Positions 18,166-27,935 of a stretch of 64,000 nt of DNA are shown in pieces. Source of the DNA: a virus; the IMG/VR virus record IMGVR_UViG_3300027057_000001, positions 36,683 through 100,682 of that record. One strand, 5' to 3'. Below the pieces are notes generated by a model, which ran no database searches, was not told the DNA's origin, and was given only the letters and a program-made list of their open reading frames with translations. Numbering within the stretch: position 1 is the first letter of the stretch; each line of letters begins with the position of its first letter. Made by a program: the position numbers and the translations under genes.

Positions 18166-18927
18166 ATGGCTCGACCTTGTGACAGAGCGGGTGCCATCGC
18201 GTGGCTTCGTAGGAAGCTAGGCTGTGGTGTCGTCGCCGTCGAGTTGACCGAGGAGCAAGCCGAGGACAGCTTCGACGATGCGATTCGGTGGTGGGTGGGC
18301 CGCAAGGGCTTGAAAAAGCACGCGGTCCAGAACCTCACCCCAGGGGTGCAGGAGTACACCATGCCGGATGACTGCGACATGGTGCTCGAACTGTTCTTCC
18401 CAGGGGTGCAACTCGACATCATCGCTGCGGTCAACCCCTACGCCTTCATCGACGTGGACCAGCTTCCGGTGGCGTACTCCAGCATCACCGGGGTGCCAGG
18501 TGGGAGCTTCTACGGGACCTTCTACCAGATCTTGGCCCACGCCGAGACGGCCAGGCGTGTTGTCGGTAGCGAGCCGACTTGGGAGTACCGCAAGAACGAG
18601 AACACGGTCTGGGTCTTCCCTCGCAACCAGCGGAACGGTGCGGCCATCGCCAGGTACGTGTCCAACGACCTGACGAACGAAGCCTGCTCCGACGAGTTCG
18701 GGTCGAAGATCACGGTGCGGGACAGGGACATCATCCTGAAGTGGGCGCTGGCCGACGCGAAGGAGACGCTGGGCCGCATCAGGGGCAAGTACCAGGACTG
18801 GCCGACAGCAGGCGGGACGCGGGCGCTCGATGGCGACACGCTCCGCACAGAGGGGCTGGCCGAGAAGGAGAAGCTGGACGAAGAGGTCATCGGCCTCTCG
18901 GACCCGGTTCCCTTCCTGACGGGGTGA
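18166..18927 (+). CDS. Neck/head-completion protein, T4 gp13-like
   Basis: LRRKLG...VELTEEQ, ALADAKETLGRIRGKY, LDGDTL motifs. Confidence 0.8.
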   Translation: MARPCDRAGAIAWLRRKLGCGVVAVELTEEQAEDSFDDAIRWWVGRKGLKKHAVQNLTPGVQEYTMPDDCDMVLELFFPGVQLDIIAAVNPYAFIDVDQLPVAYSSITGVPGGSFYGTFYQILAHAETARRVVGSEPTWEYRKNENTVWVFPRNQRNGAAIARYVSNDLTNEACSDEFGSKITVRDRDIILKWALADAKETLGRIRGKYQDWPTAGGTRALDGDTLRTEGLAEKEKLDEEVIGLSDPVPFLTG

Positions 18928-18932
18928 CGAGG

Positions 18933-19178
18933 ATGGAAGACGAACAAGCTCTCCACGAGGGCATCAGAAAGGCCCTGACACGCCAAGGTCTTCTCGATGA
19001 GGCGGTTTCCAGCAAGGCTGTTCAGGCACGGGACAAGGCCGTGAAGGCGGCGATGCTGGAGATCAAAAAGCACGCGAACCAGACCGGCAAGACGCTGACG
19101 CCGACCATGGTCAGACAGATGGAGGCGTTCATCGCCAGCGCTGTCTCCAGTGCCATGGCCTACTACGGGATGGCGTGA
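18933..19178 (+). CDS. Small hypothetical protein (possible head cargo)
   Basis: GAGG RBS; LLDE-A site followed by a basic domain. Confidence 0.55.
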   Translation: MEDEQALHEGIRKALTRQGLLDEAVSSKAVQARDKAVKAAMLEIKKHANQTGKTLTPTMVRQMEAFIASAVSSAMAYYGMA

Positions 19179-19522
19179 CCTGGGTCGCGCTCGATAGCCT
19201 CTTCGAGAGGTCTCCGCGCACGCAGGCGCGCGGGAGGGGCAAGACGAAAGCCCAGATGGTTCCCGCCGTGGTGTCGCACTGCGTCCTGCGTGTGAAGAAG
19301 AAGGGGCACTCCACGAGCCAGGCGTGGAACATCTGCCGGTCGCAACTGACGAAGCAGGGCTACCTGAAGCCTCCATACAAGGGTGGCGCGAAGCTCCCAG
19401 ACGCGGCCAGGCCGACCCAGAAGGGCGTGCGCCGGGGCATGAAGCACGCCATGGAGAAGGACGCCCCGGAGAAGTTCAACAAGTTCAAGGATGCCCTGCG
19501 GGACATCGAGACGAGGCTGTGA
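19175..19522 (+). CDS. Small basic protein with W-x-x-L-x-x-L-F-E leader
   Basis: GTGA overlap; MTWVALDSLFE then a K/R-rich domain with AWNIC. Confidence 0.6.
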   Translation: MTWVALDSLFERSPRTQARGRGKTKAQMVPAVVSHCVLRVKKKGHSTSQAWNICRSQLTKQGYLKPPYKGGAKLPDAARPTQKGVRRGMKHAMEKDAPEKFNKFKDALRDIETRL

Positions 19523-19929
19523 TGGCGAAGAAGACCTACCACGCGAAGGATGGACGGTTCACGTCGTTCAACCGGGCCAATGTGGTCAACCAGGGAGGCG
19601 AGCGCTTCAAGCTCGTGCGGACCTTGGAGCCGCTGGACCCCCCGAAGGAGCCCGAGCCGACACCGGCAGAGACCTCAACGGCAGAGGGTGTGGCCCAGGT
19701 GAAGCAGAAGGTCCACGACCTGGCGGCACGCATCGCCCCGCAGTGGATCTCTCTCGACGAGGTGGTCGAGGCGAAGATGGCCGGGACGAGGCTTCGTGAC
19801 GCACTTCCGAAGGAAGCGAAGCTCACGGGCAAGATCGGGCCAAACGAGACCTACAAGCACGGTGAGTGGTTGTACCTCGTGGACCCGAAGACGAAGAAGG
19901 TCTTGAACGTCACGAAGGACAGGCGGTAG
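19522..19929 (+). CDS. Small hypothetical protein
   Basis: TGATG coupling; YHAKDGRFTS motif and an internal WISLDEVVE site. Confidence 0.6.
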   Translation: MAKKTYHAKDGRFTSFNRANVVNQGGERFKLVRTLEPLDPPKEPEPTPAETSTAEGVAQVKQKVHDLAARIAPQWISLDEVVEAKMAGTRLRDALPKEAKLTGKIGPNETYKHGEWLYLVDPKTKKVLNVTKDRR

Positions 19930-20493
19930 GTGGCCAAGTTCTGCCCATCGGACTGCGTTTCGGGCCGTCAGCGGTTCCCCGGCGACAACTGCGAGGGGTG
20001 TGGAGACGAGCGCCTGATTCACGACGTCATCGCGACGGAGCCAGCAGTCCTGGCGGGCACGGCCATCCGGCTCTACGTGCTCAGGCGGGCGAAGAACCGT
20101 CACCCCCTGTACAAGGAGCCGAGCCACGAGGGGAAGGAGTGGTCGTTCCAGGGGCCATTCGAGATGTACGCCGAGCTTGACTTCCCCCAGGCGGCGAACA
20201 CCACAAGCGAGGTCACCGAGGTCGGTCAGCGCAAGATGAGCGAGGCCATCCTGAAGCTCCCGCGCAGCGAGGTCGAGCGTGCCGAGGCCCCGGAGCCGAA
20301 GAAGGGTGACGTCATCGAGATGTGGTGGGAGGGACCGTTCGCCGACATGAACGGCTACAGCCAGTGGGACGTGGTGGGCGCAGACCGCGACGGCAACGTG
20401 TGGTCCACGCCTGTGTTCACTGGCTACGAGATCGAGATCAAGCGGCGCGGGAAGTTTCTGGCGTTCCGCAAGACGGAGCACACGAAGATATGA
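19930..20493 (+). CDS. Neck/head-closure protein, T4 gp14-like
   Basis: HPLYKE and PKKGDVI motifs; downstream of the gp13-like gene. Confidence 0.65.
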   Translation: MAKFCPSDCVSGRQRFPGDNCEGCGDERLIHDVIATEPAVLAGTAIRLYVLRRAKNRHPLYKEPSHEGKEWSFQGPFEMYAELDFPQAANTTSEVTEVGQRKMSEAILKLPRSEVERAEAPEPKKGDVIEMWWEGPFADMNGYSQWDVVGADRDGNVWSTPVFTGYEIEIKRRGKFLAFRKTEHTKI

Positions 20494-20810
20494 CGCCGCT
20501 GTCCCAACGACTGCGAGAGGCCAAGGACGCCAAGGTGGTGCTCCACCCGGGCCTCATGGTGAAGGTGAAGACGAAGGCGGGCGCGCTGGTGACCCAGGGC
20601 CGCATCACGGACGTCATGCCCGACGAGGGCGTGGTCTTCGTGGCCAACGAGGATGCTGGTGCAGATCTCCGCGTCGGAGTGGATTCCAAGCACTACGAGA
20701 TCTGGGTGGTGCCTCCGACGAACTACGTGCCGAGACTCCCCGACGAGACGACCCTCTACATCAGGACGTCGAGACCAGGGCCGCACGCCTTCTCGAACGT
20801 GAAGATGTAG
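20490..20810 (+). CDS. Hypothetical protein
   Basis: ATGA overlap; MTPLSQRLRE leader then a small beta domain. Confidence 0.55.
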   Translation: MTPLSQRLREAKDAKVVLHPGLMVKVKTKAGALVTQGRITDVMPDEGVVFVANEDAGADLRVGVDSKHYEIWVVPPTNYVPRLPDETTLYIRTSRPGPHAFSNVKM

Positions 20811-20819
20811 GAGGCGAAG

Positions 20820-21146
20820 GTGTTGGAGCCAAAGTGGTTGATGAGCCTGGGATTCGCGTTCCCATGCTCCTTCTGCACGAGAATGTTCAAGCCCCCGAAT
20901 CGCGAAGCTCCCAGGTGCTCGATGCAGACCTGCGGCGGGCCATTCGCCGGGCGGTCGTTCCCTGACTACCAGGGACCTCTGACCAGGACCACCATCGCGA
21001 CCAACTGCTTCCGTTGCGGTGAGGCAGCGAGCGAGGCCATCGTGGCGAAGGACGGCGGCTACGTCGGGGTCTGCGAGAAGCATCTCAACTCGACCGTCGA
21101 GACGTCGTCGGACACGTTGATTCCATCGACGGAGGTGTCTCGCTGA
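20820..21146 (+). CDS. Cys-rich zinc-binding protein
   Basis: CSFC, CSMQTC, CFRC, CEKH; GGAGG RBS. Confidence 0.6.
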   Translation: MLEPKWLMSLGFAFPCSFCTRMFKPPNREAPRCSMQTCGGPFAGRSFPDYQGPLTRTTIATNCFRCGEAASEAIVAKDGGYVGVCEKHLNSTVETSSDTLIPSTEVSR

Positions 21147-21952
21147 TGCTGGATTTCTACCTGAAAGAGGACAAGAACAACAAGCTGGCCTGGAAGCTGG
21201 CAGAGGAGTGGCCAGACCGGCTCAAAGCCTTCACCTTGGCGCTCCCCCAGGACGTGGCCAAGATGGTCTACGAGGACGTCCTGAAGCTCGCCCCGACTGA
21301 CATCCCGAAGTACCCGGAGATGCTGAAGGTCGTGCAGTTCCCGGAGCAGCAGGGCTGGCAGGTGATGGGGATCATCCCCCCTGGGTGGAACTACAGCCAG
21401 CGGCTCAAGAGCAGCGACGTTCAGCGCACGGTGCTCTACGTGCTGCCCAAGGTGAGGGCCGGGAAGGTCGTCAGCGAGGCGGCTGTGGTGCTGGAGCGCA
21501 ACAACCCCTGGACGATGAACACGCTGCCCTACGAGCCGAAGAGGGTAGAGGCGAGCCTGCGAGCCCGACGTGTGGACGAGCAGGACGTCAAGCGCATCGA
21601 GCAGCAGCGAGAGGCGGACAAGTCCAAGATCATCAGCGAGCTTCGGTCGCTTGGGGTTCCCATCAGGGCCGAGGGCAAGGTACTCTTGGAGCGGCGCGTC
21701 AGTCGGGACATCGCCTTCGAGGTGCTTCGCAGGGAGAAGGGGATCGGCGTCCCAGGCAAGGCGCACTGGAGGCCAGCGGTCAGGGCGATCTTCACTCAGC
21801 ACTTCAAAAGAGCCATGGAAGAGCTTGGGCCGTGGATGGCTGACCCGAAGGACGAAGGGTGGGAGGAAGACCGGAACCTCCCGATTGAGGCTGCATCTGT
21901 GATAAAACGGGTGCAGGAGTTTCAGGATAGAATCGCTCCAGACGGGGCGTGA
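21146..21952 (+). CDS. Possible HK97-gp10-like tail-completion protein
   Basis: APTD early and E.G....PGKAHWRPAV late; neck-region position. Confidence 0.45.
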   Translation: MLDFYLKEDKNNKLAWKLAEEWPDRLKAFTLALPQDVAKMVYEDVLKLAPTDIPKYPEMLKVVQFPEQQGWQVMGIIPPGWNYSQRLKSSDVQRTVLYVLPKVRAGKVVSEAAVVLERNNPWTMNTLPYEPKRVEASLRARRVDEQDVKRIEQQREADKSKIISELRSLGVPIRAEGKVLLERRVSRDIAFEVLRREKGIGVPGKAHWRPAVRAIFTQHFKRAMEELGPWMADPKDEGWEEDRNLPIEAASVIKRVQEFQDRIAPDGA

Positions 21953-22515
21953 GCGAGGGCAACATGGACATCGATCAGGTCAACGATGTGCTCTCCCGGG
22001 CGAACAGTGAGTTCGAGCGGCGTGAGCTAGAAGACCTCCGGGCCTACGAGATCGAGGGCGAACTGGAGACCGGCGAGGAGCCGAGCGCAGAAGATCTCGA
22101 CCGCATCGAGGCCGGTGACGACAACAGCCTGGGCGAGATGTACGTCGGGGTTGGCGGGACGGAACCACCCGACTTCTCGCCACCAGGCGACCCCATCGTG
22201 GGCAGCGACCAGGGCGTGGACAACCTCGCCACGGACGCCGAGTCCTACATGAGCTACGTCGCGCAGTGCGCCACGGACGTGGCGGCGCAGTGCGGCATCA
22301 GCGACGACGACGCTCTCAGCGCCTTCGAGGACGTGGCGGCGCAGCTTGCCCAGTCGGGCACGCTTCCCGAGATGCCCGACATCGAGAGCGCCACGAGCGA
22401 AGCGATCTCCGAGTGGACGGGCAAGGCCAAGACGAGTGATCTCGTGGCTCGCGTCATCGAGTACGTCAAGGCTGGGAAGGGGCAAGGCCCCCTCCACACC
22501 GTCGCTGGGCGATAG
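21949..22515 (+). CDS. Acidic hypothetical protein
   Basis: D/E-rich, coupled start. Confidence 0.55.
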   Translation: MSEGNMDIDQVNDVLSRANSEFERRELEDLRAYEIEGELETGEEPSAEDLDRIEAGDDNSLGEMYVGVGGTEPPDFSPPGDPIVGSDQGVDNLATDAESYMSYVAQCATDVAAQCGISDDDALSAFEDVAAQLAQSGTLPEMPDIESATSEAISEWTGKAKTSDLVARVIEYVKAGKGQGPLHTVAGR

Positions 22516-22518
22516 CTC

Positions 22519-23220
22519 GTGGCAGATGGCCGCACCGGCACCGTCTTCATCGAGGACTTCGACACGGGGTTGGTGACCACGTTCGGGTCTGTGCTGAAGA
22601 CGATCACCCTCGATGACGAGGAAGTGCAAGACTACGCGGTCCAGATCCCGGGTGTCACAGGCCCCGACGAGTACGATGGGCTCATTCCGGTCATCTTTCA
22701 GGAGCCCGAAGACGTCTACCAGACGGGCTACATTCCGCACATCGCCATCTCGCGCAGCGCCATCACCCCGGCGATGCAGAGGTGGCATCCGGTGGGCAAG
22801 GCGTACCAGGTCCCGTCGAAGGTCGCCCAGACCGTCGCCGCTCAGGACGGCAGCGAAGGCCCGAGTCTGAACGAATTGAAGGGCTATGCCCTGCCCTTCG
22901 ACATCACCTACGACATCCACATGCGCGCCCGGCTCAGGTTGCAGGCGAATCGCATGTTGAAGTACATGGGCCGGTTCATCTGGGCCTATGGGAGCATCTT
23001 CTTCACGGACAACGAGGGGGACGAGCGCGGCTACGTCGCCTACTTGGAGTCCATTGACAACCTGGACGAATTGGTAGAGTTTTCAGATAGGACGCTTGGG
23101 TTCACGATGAGCGTGAGGGTCGAAGCGGAGCTTGACTTCTCCGACCCGCTCGTCGTTCCCACGGCGAGGGCTTTCGGCATCAGCGTTGAGAACCTGGCTG
23201 CGAGCGTCCTGGGAGGTTGA
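22519..23220 (+). CDS. Tail terminator/sheath stabiliser, gp15-like
   Basis: IPHIAISR, PFDITYDI, FTMSVRVEAEL; upstream of the sheath gene. Confidence 0.6.
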   Translation: MADGRTGTVFIEDFDTGLVTTFGSVLKTITLDDEEVQDYAVQIPGVTGPDEYDGLIPVIFQEPEDVYQTGYIPHIAISRSAITPAMQRWHPVGKAYQVPSKVAQTVAAQDGSEGPSLNELKGYALPFDITYDIHMRARLRLQANRMLKYMGRFIWAYGSIFFTDNEGDERGYVAYLESIDNLDELVEFSDRTLGFTMSVRVEAELDFSDPLVVPTARAFGISVENLAASVLGG

Positions 23221-23624
23221 CGATGCAGTGGTGGCTTTATAAAGGGGCGGTCACGACCCCCATCGACATCCCTGGAAAGGGACCGACCGTCATCCGTCCC
23301 AGGGACAAGTTCCAGGCTCCGTTCGCGGCTGTGGCGCACCTGAAGCGCCTCGGCAGGGTCGTCCCCTGTCGCCCCCCAAAGGAGGCGAAGGAGGCGAGTC
23401 CCAAGCCCAAAAGTGCCCCCAAGGCACCGAAAGCCTCCGAAGAGCGTGCGGTTGCGCCTCCGACTGTGGTAGCATCCAAGTCGGAACCAAAGGCGGAGGT
23501 GGTAGAACAAGAGAAGGTCGAGGCCACCGTGACAGAGGTCGCGGACGACACCCAGAAGGAGAAGGCGGAAGAGGAGAAGGAGGCCCCGAAGGAGAAGGCG
23601 AAGGAAAAGAGGCGCAGGCGGTAG
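23217..23624 (+). CDS. Small protein with Lys/Glu/Pro-rich tail
   Basis: GGAGG RBS; directly precedes the sheath gene. Confidence 0.55.
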   Translation: MTMQWWLYKGAVTTPIDIPGKGPTVIRPRDKFQAPFAAVAHLKRLGRVVPCRPPKEAKEASPKPKSAPKAPKASEERAVAPPTVVASKSEPKAEVVEQEKVEATVTEVADDTQKEKAEEEKEAPKEKAKEKRRRR

Positions 23625-23670
23625 AAAAGCTGACCCTTCATGGCCCCCCAGGGGGTAGGGAGATTGAACG

Positions 23671-26442
23671 ATGGCAGAACGCTTGCACCCTGGCGTGTAC
23701 GTGGAGGAAAAGCGCAGCGGGCTTGCTCCGATTCAGGGCGTCTCGACGTCGAACATGGGCATCGTCGGCTTCGCCGAGCGCGGCCCGAGCGACGAGGCCA
23801 CGCTGGTCACGAGCTACCCGAGCTTCGAGCGCACCTTCGGGACCTTCATCGCCGCCTCGCAGATGCCGACCCACGTCTTCGCCTTCTTCGCCAACGGTGG
23901 CGCGAGGGCATACATCGTCCGCGTGACCGGCGCGGGCTCGACCAAGGCCACCGGCTACATCACGAGCGACTGGACCGAGGAGACCATCGCCACAGGCGAC
24001 GGCTCGACGGCCTCCATGGACAGCGCTGCTCCGACCATTGGCGAGACGGACATCGATCACGTCCCCGAGATCGAGCCGTCCTCCGTCGCGGTGAGCATCT
24101 ACCAGACCCCAGGAGCACTCGGAGCGGCTGGTGATGCCATCGACGCGACCGCAGCCCCGGTATGCACGCTGACGCTCCCGGCTGGCACCCCGCTCTACGC
24201 AGCGATGGTGACCTGGGGCGCAAGCCTCACCCTGGCTGGATGCACGTCGGCTCCAAATGATGGAACCTTCCCAATCACGGCGGTGGACACGGTCAACAAC
24301 GTCGTCACCTTTACGAATGCTGCTGGCGTGACAGAGCCTTTGGTTCTTGGTGTCTCGTCCTGGGCCATCAGCGTCGTCGGTGAGGCTGGCGACCTGAGCC
24401 CTGTCCCGGCTGGCGTGGTGACGGAGTTCGCGGGCAAGCTCGGCCCGTCCTCCACCAACATGAAGATCATCCCCGGGACCGTGACGATCAACGACTCGAC
24501 GGCACCTGGGCAAACCTACTCCGACACCGGCAAGGACGGCGTGCTCTACGAGGCCGGTGCTCCTGCGGTTCCGGCTGGGTTCGTGGACTACGAGACCGGC
24601 CTGTTCTCGCTCACGGCGTCGGTGGCACCGCTCCTGCCCGGCAACATCACCTACGACTACACGCCCGCTGGCCCCCAGGTGGAGATCACCGACGACGGCG
24701 CTGGCGCGTGGAACGCCCTGGGCGTGACGGCCATCGCTGGGGCGCTGGACTACACCACGGGCGTCTGGTCCATGGGTCCGCTCCCGCAGGCCCCAGCCGA
24801 CAGCCTGCCGGTGGATGTGGCGTACACCCAGCAGGTCTGGGAGTACAACCCCATCAGCGAGGGCACCTGGGGCAACTACGTGCGAGTGGACGTCCGAGGC
24901 GACGAGGACTACTACACGCGGGCCACGGCGAGCTTCACCCGCTACGACGCGCTGGTCTACCTGTCGGAGGACCAGGGCACGACCTTCGACCTCGCCGAGA
25001 CCTACGAAGACCTTTCGCTGACAGACCCGACCGATTCGCGGTACATCGGCGACATCCTCAACAACGAGGGCGTCGGGTCCAGCCTGATCGATCTCGTGGA
25101 GCCGTCCAACGAAGACGTCGCCCCGCGAAACCTGTCGGGCTACCAGAGGACCAGGGCCGTGGGGGCTGGCAACGGCACCCAGGCGCAATTCGGAAGCTCT
25201 GGCGCGACACCGACCATCCCGGCCCCCTTCGTGTGTGCCCCGCTGGAGAGCCCGGTGCAGCCCGGCTCCGTGACCATCAACTACACCGACCTCAACGGGG
25301 TGGCCAGGACCGTCACGGACGACGGCAATGGGAACCTCGTCGGTGATGTCTTCGGCGGCGCGGCGGCTGGCTTCAACGAGATCGACTACACCTCTGGCGA
25401 GTTCGCCTTCGAGTCCTCGGCGGACGACGGGGCGACCTCTGGCGCGGTGGGCAACTTCACCCAGGCTGGCAACGCCTCGGTGCCGACCGTCAGCTACTAC
25501 GTCACGCCTTCGGACACCGAGACGGCGGACCAGGCCAGCGGCGGCACGGACGGCGCGGCGCTCACGCGCAACGAACTGACCGACCCGGCGCTCCAGACCG
25601 ACCGCAAGGGCATGTACGCCCTGCTCTCGACCGACGAGCTTCAGAACGTCACCATCCCGGACGCGGCTGGCGACGTCACCATGAGCGTGGACCAGGTGAC
25701 GGAGGCCGAGCGCAACGAGAAGTGGTTCATCATTCTCGCGACTCCGCCCGGCTACACGCCGACACAGGCCCGCGACTGGCGCATCAACACGCTGGGCATC
25801 ACGTCCAGCTACGGTGCGCTGTACTACCCCTACATCCAGATCGCGGACCCGGTGACCGACCTCCCGGCCAACGTGCCGCCAGGCGGTCACATCGCGGGCG
25901 TCTACGCGCGCACGGACGCGAGCAGGAGCGTCGGCAAGGCTCCCGCTGGGACGGTGGACGGCAGGCTGCTCTTCGCCACGGGCGTCGAGCGCAAGATGGA
26001 GTTCGCCGAGATCGACGTGCTCCATCCCAACCAGGTCAACGCCATCATCAACACCCCGCAGACCGGGCTGGTCGTCTGGGGTGCGCGGACGTTGGAGCGC
26101 CCGCCGAGCGACTTCCGCTACGTCCACACGCGGAGGCTGTTCAACTTCCTGAAGGCGTCGATCTTCAACAGCACCCACGGCTTCGTCTTCGAGAACGTGG
26201 GGCCTCCCCTGTGGTCGAAGATCCGGCTGTCGGTGGAGAGCTTCCTGCTGACGCAGTTCCAGCAAGGGCTCTTCAAGGGGACGACCCCAGCAGAGGCTTA
26301 CGCGGTCATCTGCGACGAGACCAACAACCCCCAGAACGTGCAGGATTCGGGCACGGTCATCTGTGACATCTACGTCGCGCCGAACGTGCCAGGCGAGTTC
26401 ATCGTCTTCCGCATCCAGCAGAAGGTGGCCCAGGCGGCGTAG
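23671..26442 (+). CDS. Contractile tail sheath with inserted beta domains
   Basis: HPGVYVEE, FFANGG, ALYYP, VPPGGHIAGVYARTD, KAPAG, WGARTL, ICDETNN. Confidence 0.95.
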   Translation: MAERLHPGVYVEEKRSGLAPIQGVSTSNMGIVGFAERGPSDEATLVTSYPSFERTFGTFIAASQMPTHVFAFFANGGARAYIVRVTGAGSTKATGYITSDWTEETIATGDGSTASMDSAAPTIGETDIDHVPEIEPSSVAVSIYQTPGALGAAGDAIDATAAPVCTLTLPAGTPLYAAMVTWGASLTLAGCTSAPNDGTFPITAVDTVNNVVTFTNAAGVTEPLVLGVSSWAISVVGEAGDLSPVPAGVVTEFAGKLGPSSTNMKIIPGTVTINDSTAPGQTYSDTGKDGVLYEAGAPAVPAGFVDYETGLFSLTASVAPLLPGNITYDYTPAGPQVEITDDGAGAWNALGVTAIAGALDYTTGVWSMGPLPQAPADSLPVDVAYTQQVWEYNPISEGTWGNYVRVDVRGDEDYYTRATASFTRYDALVYLSEDQGTTFDLAETYEDLSLTDPTDSRYIGDILNNEGVGSSLIDLVEPSNEDVAPRNLSGYQRTRAVGAGNGTQAQFGSSGATPTIPAPFVCAPLESPVQPGSVTINYTDLNGVARTVTDDGNGNLVGDVFGGAAAGFNEIDYTSGEFAFESSADDGATSGAVGNFTQAGNASVPTVSYYVTPSDTETADQASGGTDGAALTRNELTDPALQTDRKGMYALLSTDELQNVTIPDAAGDVTMSVDQVTEAERNEKWFIILATPPGYTPTQARDWRINTLGITSSYGALYYPYIQIADPVTDLPANVPPGGHIAGVYARTDASRSVGKAPAGTVDGRLLFATGVERKMEFAEIDVLHPNQVNAIINTPQTGLVVWGARTLERPPSDFRYVHTRRLFNFLKASIFNSTHGFVFENVGPPLWSKIRLSVESFLLTQFQQGLFKGTTPAEAYAVICDETNNPQNVQDSGTVICDIYVAPNVPGEFIVFRIQQKVAQAA

Positions 26443-26451
26443 CAGGGCCGT

Positions 26452-26472
26452 GAGCGAAAGTCACTTTCGCTC
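26452..26472. repeat. Perfect palindrome, copy 2 (GAGCGAAAGT-C-ACTTTCGCTC)
   Basis: Read directly; intergenic after the sheath gene. Confidence 0.95.
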
Positions 26473-26487
26473 TGAGGAGAGGATAGA

Positions 26488-26910
26488 ATGGACGCAACGA
26501 TCACGAACCTGAGCGCCGAGCGGGTCTTCATCTCTGGCCCGCAACTGGACCTCGCTCCCACGGGAGATCCCGATGGCAAGGACGTCCAGGTGTGGCCCGA
26601 CATCACGGTCAACGACATCGACAGCCACGTCAGGCTGAAGGAGTTGGTCGTGGCTGGCACGGTCTCCATCCAGATGGACCCGGACAGCTTCGACGCGGCG
26701 CTGGCGACACGGGGCGCACTCAACTTCGCGGCGCTCCCCGTCTACCTGTTCGCCGACCTCCCGACCGGCTACAACGGTCGTGTGGCCTTCGTGTCGAACG
26801 GCCTGAAGGGTGGCGAGGTTTCGCCTGGCGGGACCGGAGTTCCGGCGTACTACGATGCGGTCGCCGGGGCGTGGCTCAACTTCTTCGACAACCTGCCGAC
26901 CGCCGCCTAG
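26488..26910 (+). CDS. Small structural/decoration protein
   Basis: C-terminal LPVY..ADLP..GRVAFVSNG..GTGVPAYYD fibre-like motif. Confidence 0.5.
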   Translation: MDATITNLSAERVFISGPQLDLAPTGDPDGKDVQVWPDITVNDIDSHVRLKELVVAGTVSIQMDPDSFDAALATRGALNFAALPVYLFADLPTGYNGRVAFVSNGLKGGEVSPGGTGVPAYYDAVAGAWLNFFDNLPTAA

Positions 26911-26936
26911 CGGCTCGCTGGCAGTAGGAGAAGCCC

Positions 26937-27356
26937 GTGGCACAGTCCCCAGTGGTCATAGAGCAGCGCATCAACGCTGGGCAGCAGTTCAACGAGACGT
27001 TGCCCAGCACGACGCCTGCCGACGCAGATGCGATTCGCAAGTTCCCCGTGGACAACCAGGGGGGCTTGTTCGAGTTCGCCTTCGCAGGCCCCGATGCGTC
27101 ATTCGTGACCTACCAGATCGACCAGGTGTTCGTCGATTTCGGGGATGCGGCTCCGGGGGAGGTCTCCATCATCAACAGCGACACGCCGAGCCCGAAGAGG
27201 GTGGTGTTGGCATCGTTGCCCGCTGGTGGAACGTATCTCCGGGTGGACCCAATCAAGCTCGCCTGGGACGAGAGGCTGGTCCTGAAGACGACGGGGGCGA
27301 CTCTGGCCCTGTACGCCAGGGTCCACGCGAGTCCCGGGCGGATCAGGCAGGAGTAG
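26937..27356 (+). CDS. Hypothetical beta-rich structural protein
   Basis: AGGAG RBS; operon position. Confidence 0.55.
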   Translation: MAQSPVVIEQRINAGQQFNETLPSTTPADADAIRKFPVDNQGGLFEFAFAGPDASFVTYQIDQVFVDFGDAAPGEVSIINSDTPSPKRVVLASLPAGGTYLRVDPIKLAWDERLVLKTTGATLALYARVHASPGRIRQE

Positions 27357-27359
27357 GCG

Positions 27360-27920
27360 ATGGACAAGCCCCTCTCAGAGCAGCTTGCTGACGCCGTGAG
27401 GAGCGAAGTCCTGCGGAGCGGAGACTTCCGCTGCAAGCTCCTGCGGCTCACGCACGAGGACTACCCCGGCAAGGCGGCGCACGGTGTGCTCCCTCTCGTC
27501 GTCATCGGCCACGAGGCCCTGACGGACGTCGAGTGGGGGGAGTGGCTTCGAGAGAACGCCACGGCTGCCTACGGGACAGCCTACGCCCAGAAGCTCGTCG
27601 AGACCGGCGTGGATCTGAAGGCCATGCTCCCGACCGCGCCCCTGGGCAGACTGCTTCGCATCTCGAAGGAGGCGAAGTGGAGGTCCCTGGCGAGCCGCTA
27701 CCGGGTCGTCAACGAGGCTGGCGCGATCCTGGGCATGGTCGAGCAGTGGCCTTCGCTGTACAATCTGATGGCAGAGGAGATGGCCGAAGAGGAGATGACC
27801 CTCGACACGTTCGTGCAGCGTGTCAGGAACATGCCAACGCCATGGGAGGTCGGCCAGGGCCGCTTTCAGACGTTGGGAGACCTCATCGGTCGGGGTGTCG
27901 TGCTGACCCCCAACTGGTAG
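27360..27920 (+). CDS. Hypothetical protein
   Basis: RBS, coding bias, operon position. Confidence 0.55.
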   Translation: MDKPLSEQLADAVRSEVLRSGDFRCKLLRLTHEDYPGKAAHGVLPLVVIGHEALTDVEWGEWLRENATAAYGTAYAQKLVETGVDLKAMLPTAPLGRLLRISKEAKWRSLASRYRVVNEAGAILGMVEQWPSLYNLMAEEMAEEEMTLDTFVQRVRNMPTPWEVGQGRFQTLGDLIGRGVVLTPNW

Positions 27921-27935
27921 GAGAAGGAGAAGACC

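Noticed and set aside
23638-26265. Very long antisense or alternative-frame ORFs (875 aa here; also 11822-13627, 15421-17109, 46519-48501, 48859-50550)
   Set aside because: They shadow well-supported + strand genes, are expected from high GC3, and show no motifs or RBS
26452-26480. Palindrome as an intrinsic terminator
   Set aside because: No U-tract follows any copy, and exact sequence conservation argues for sequence-specific recognition
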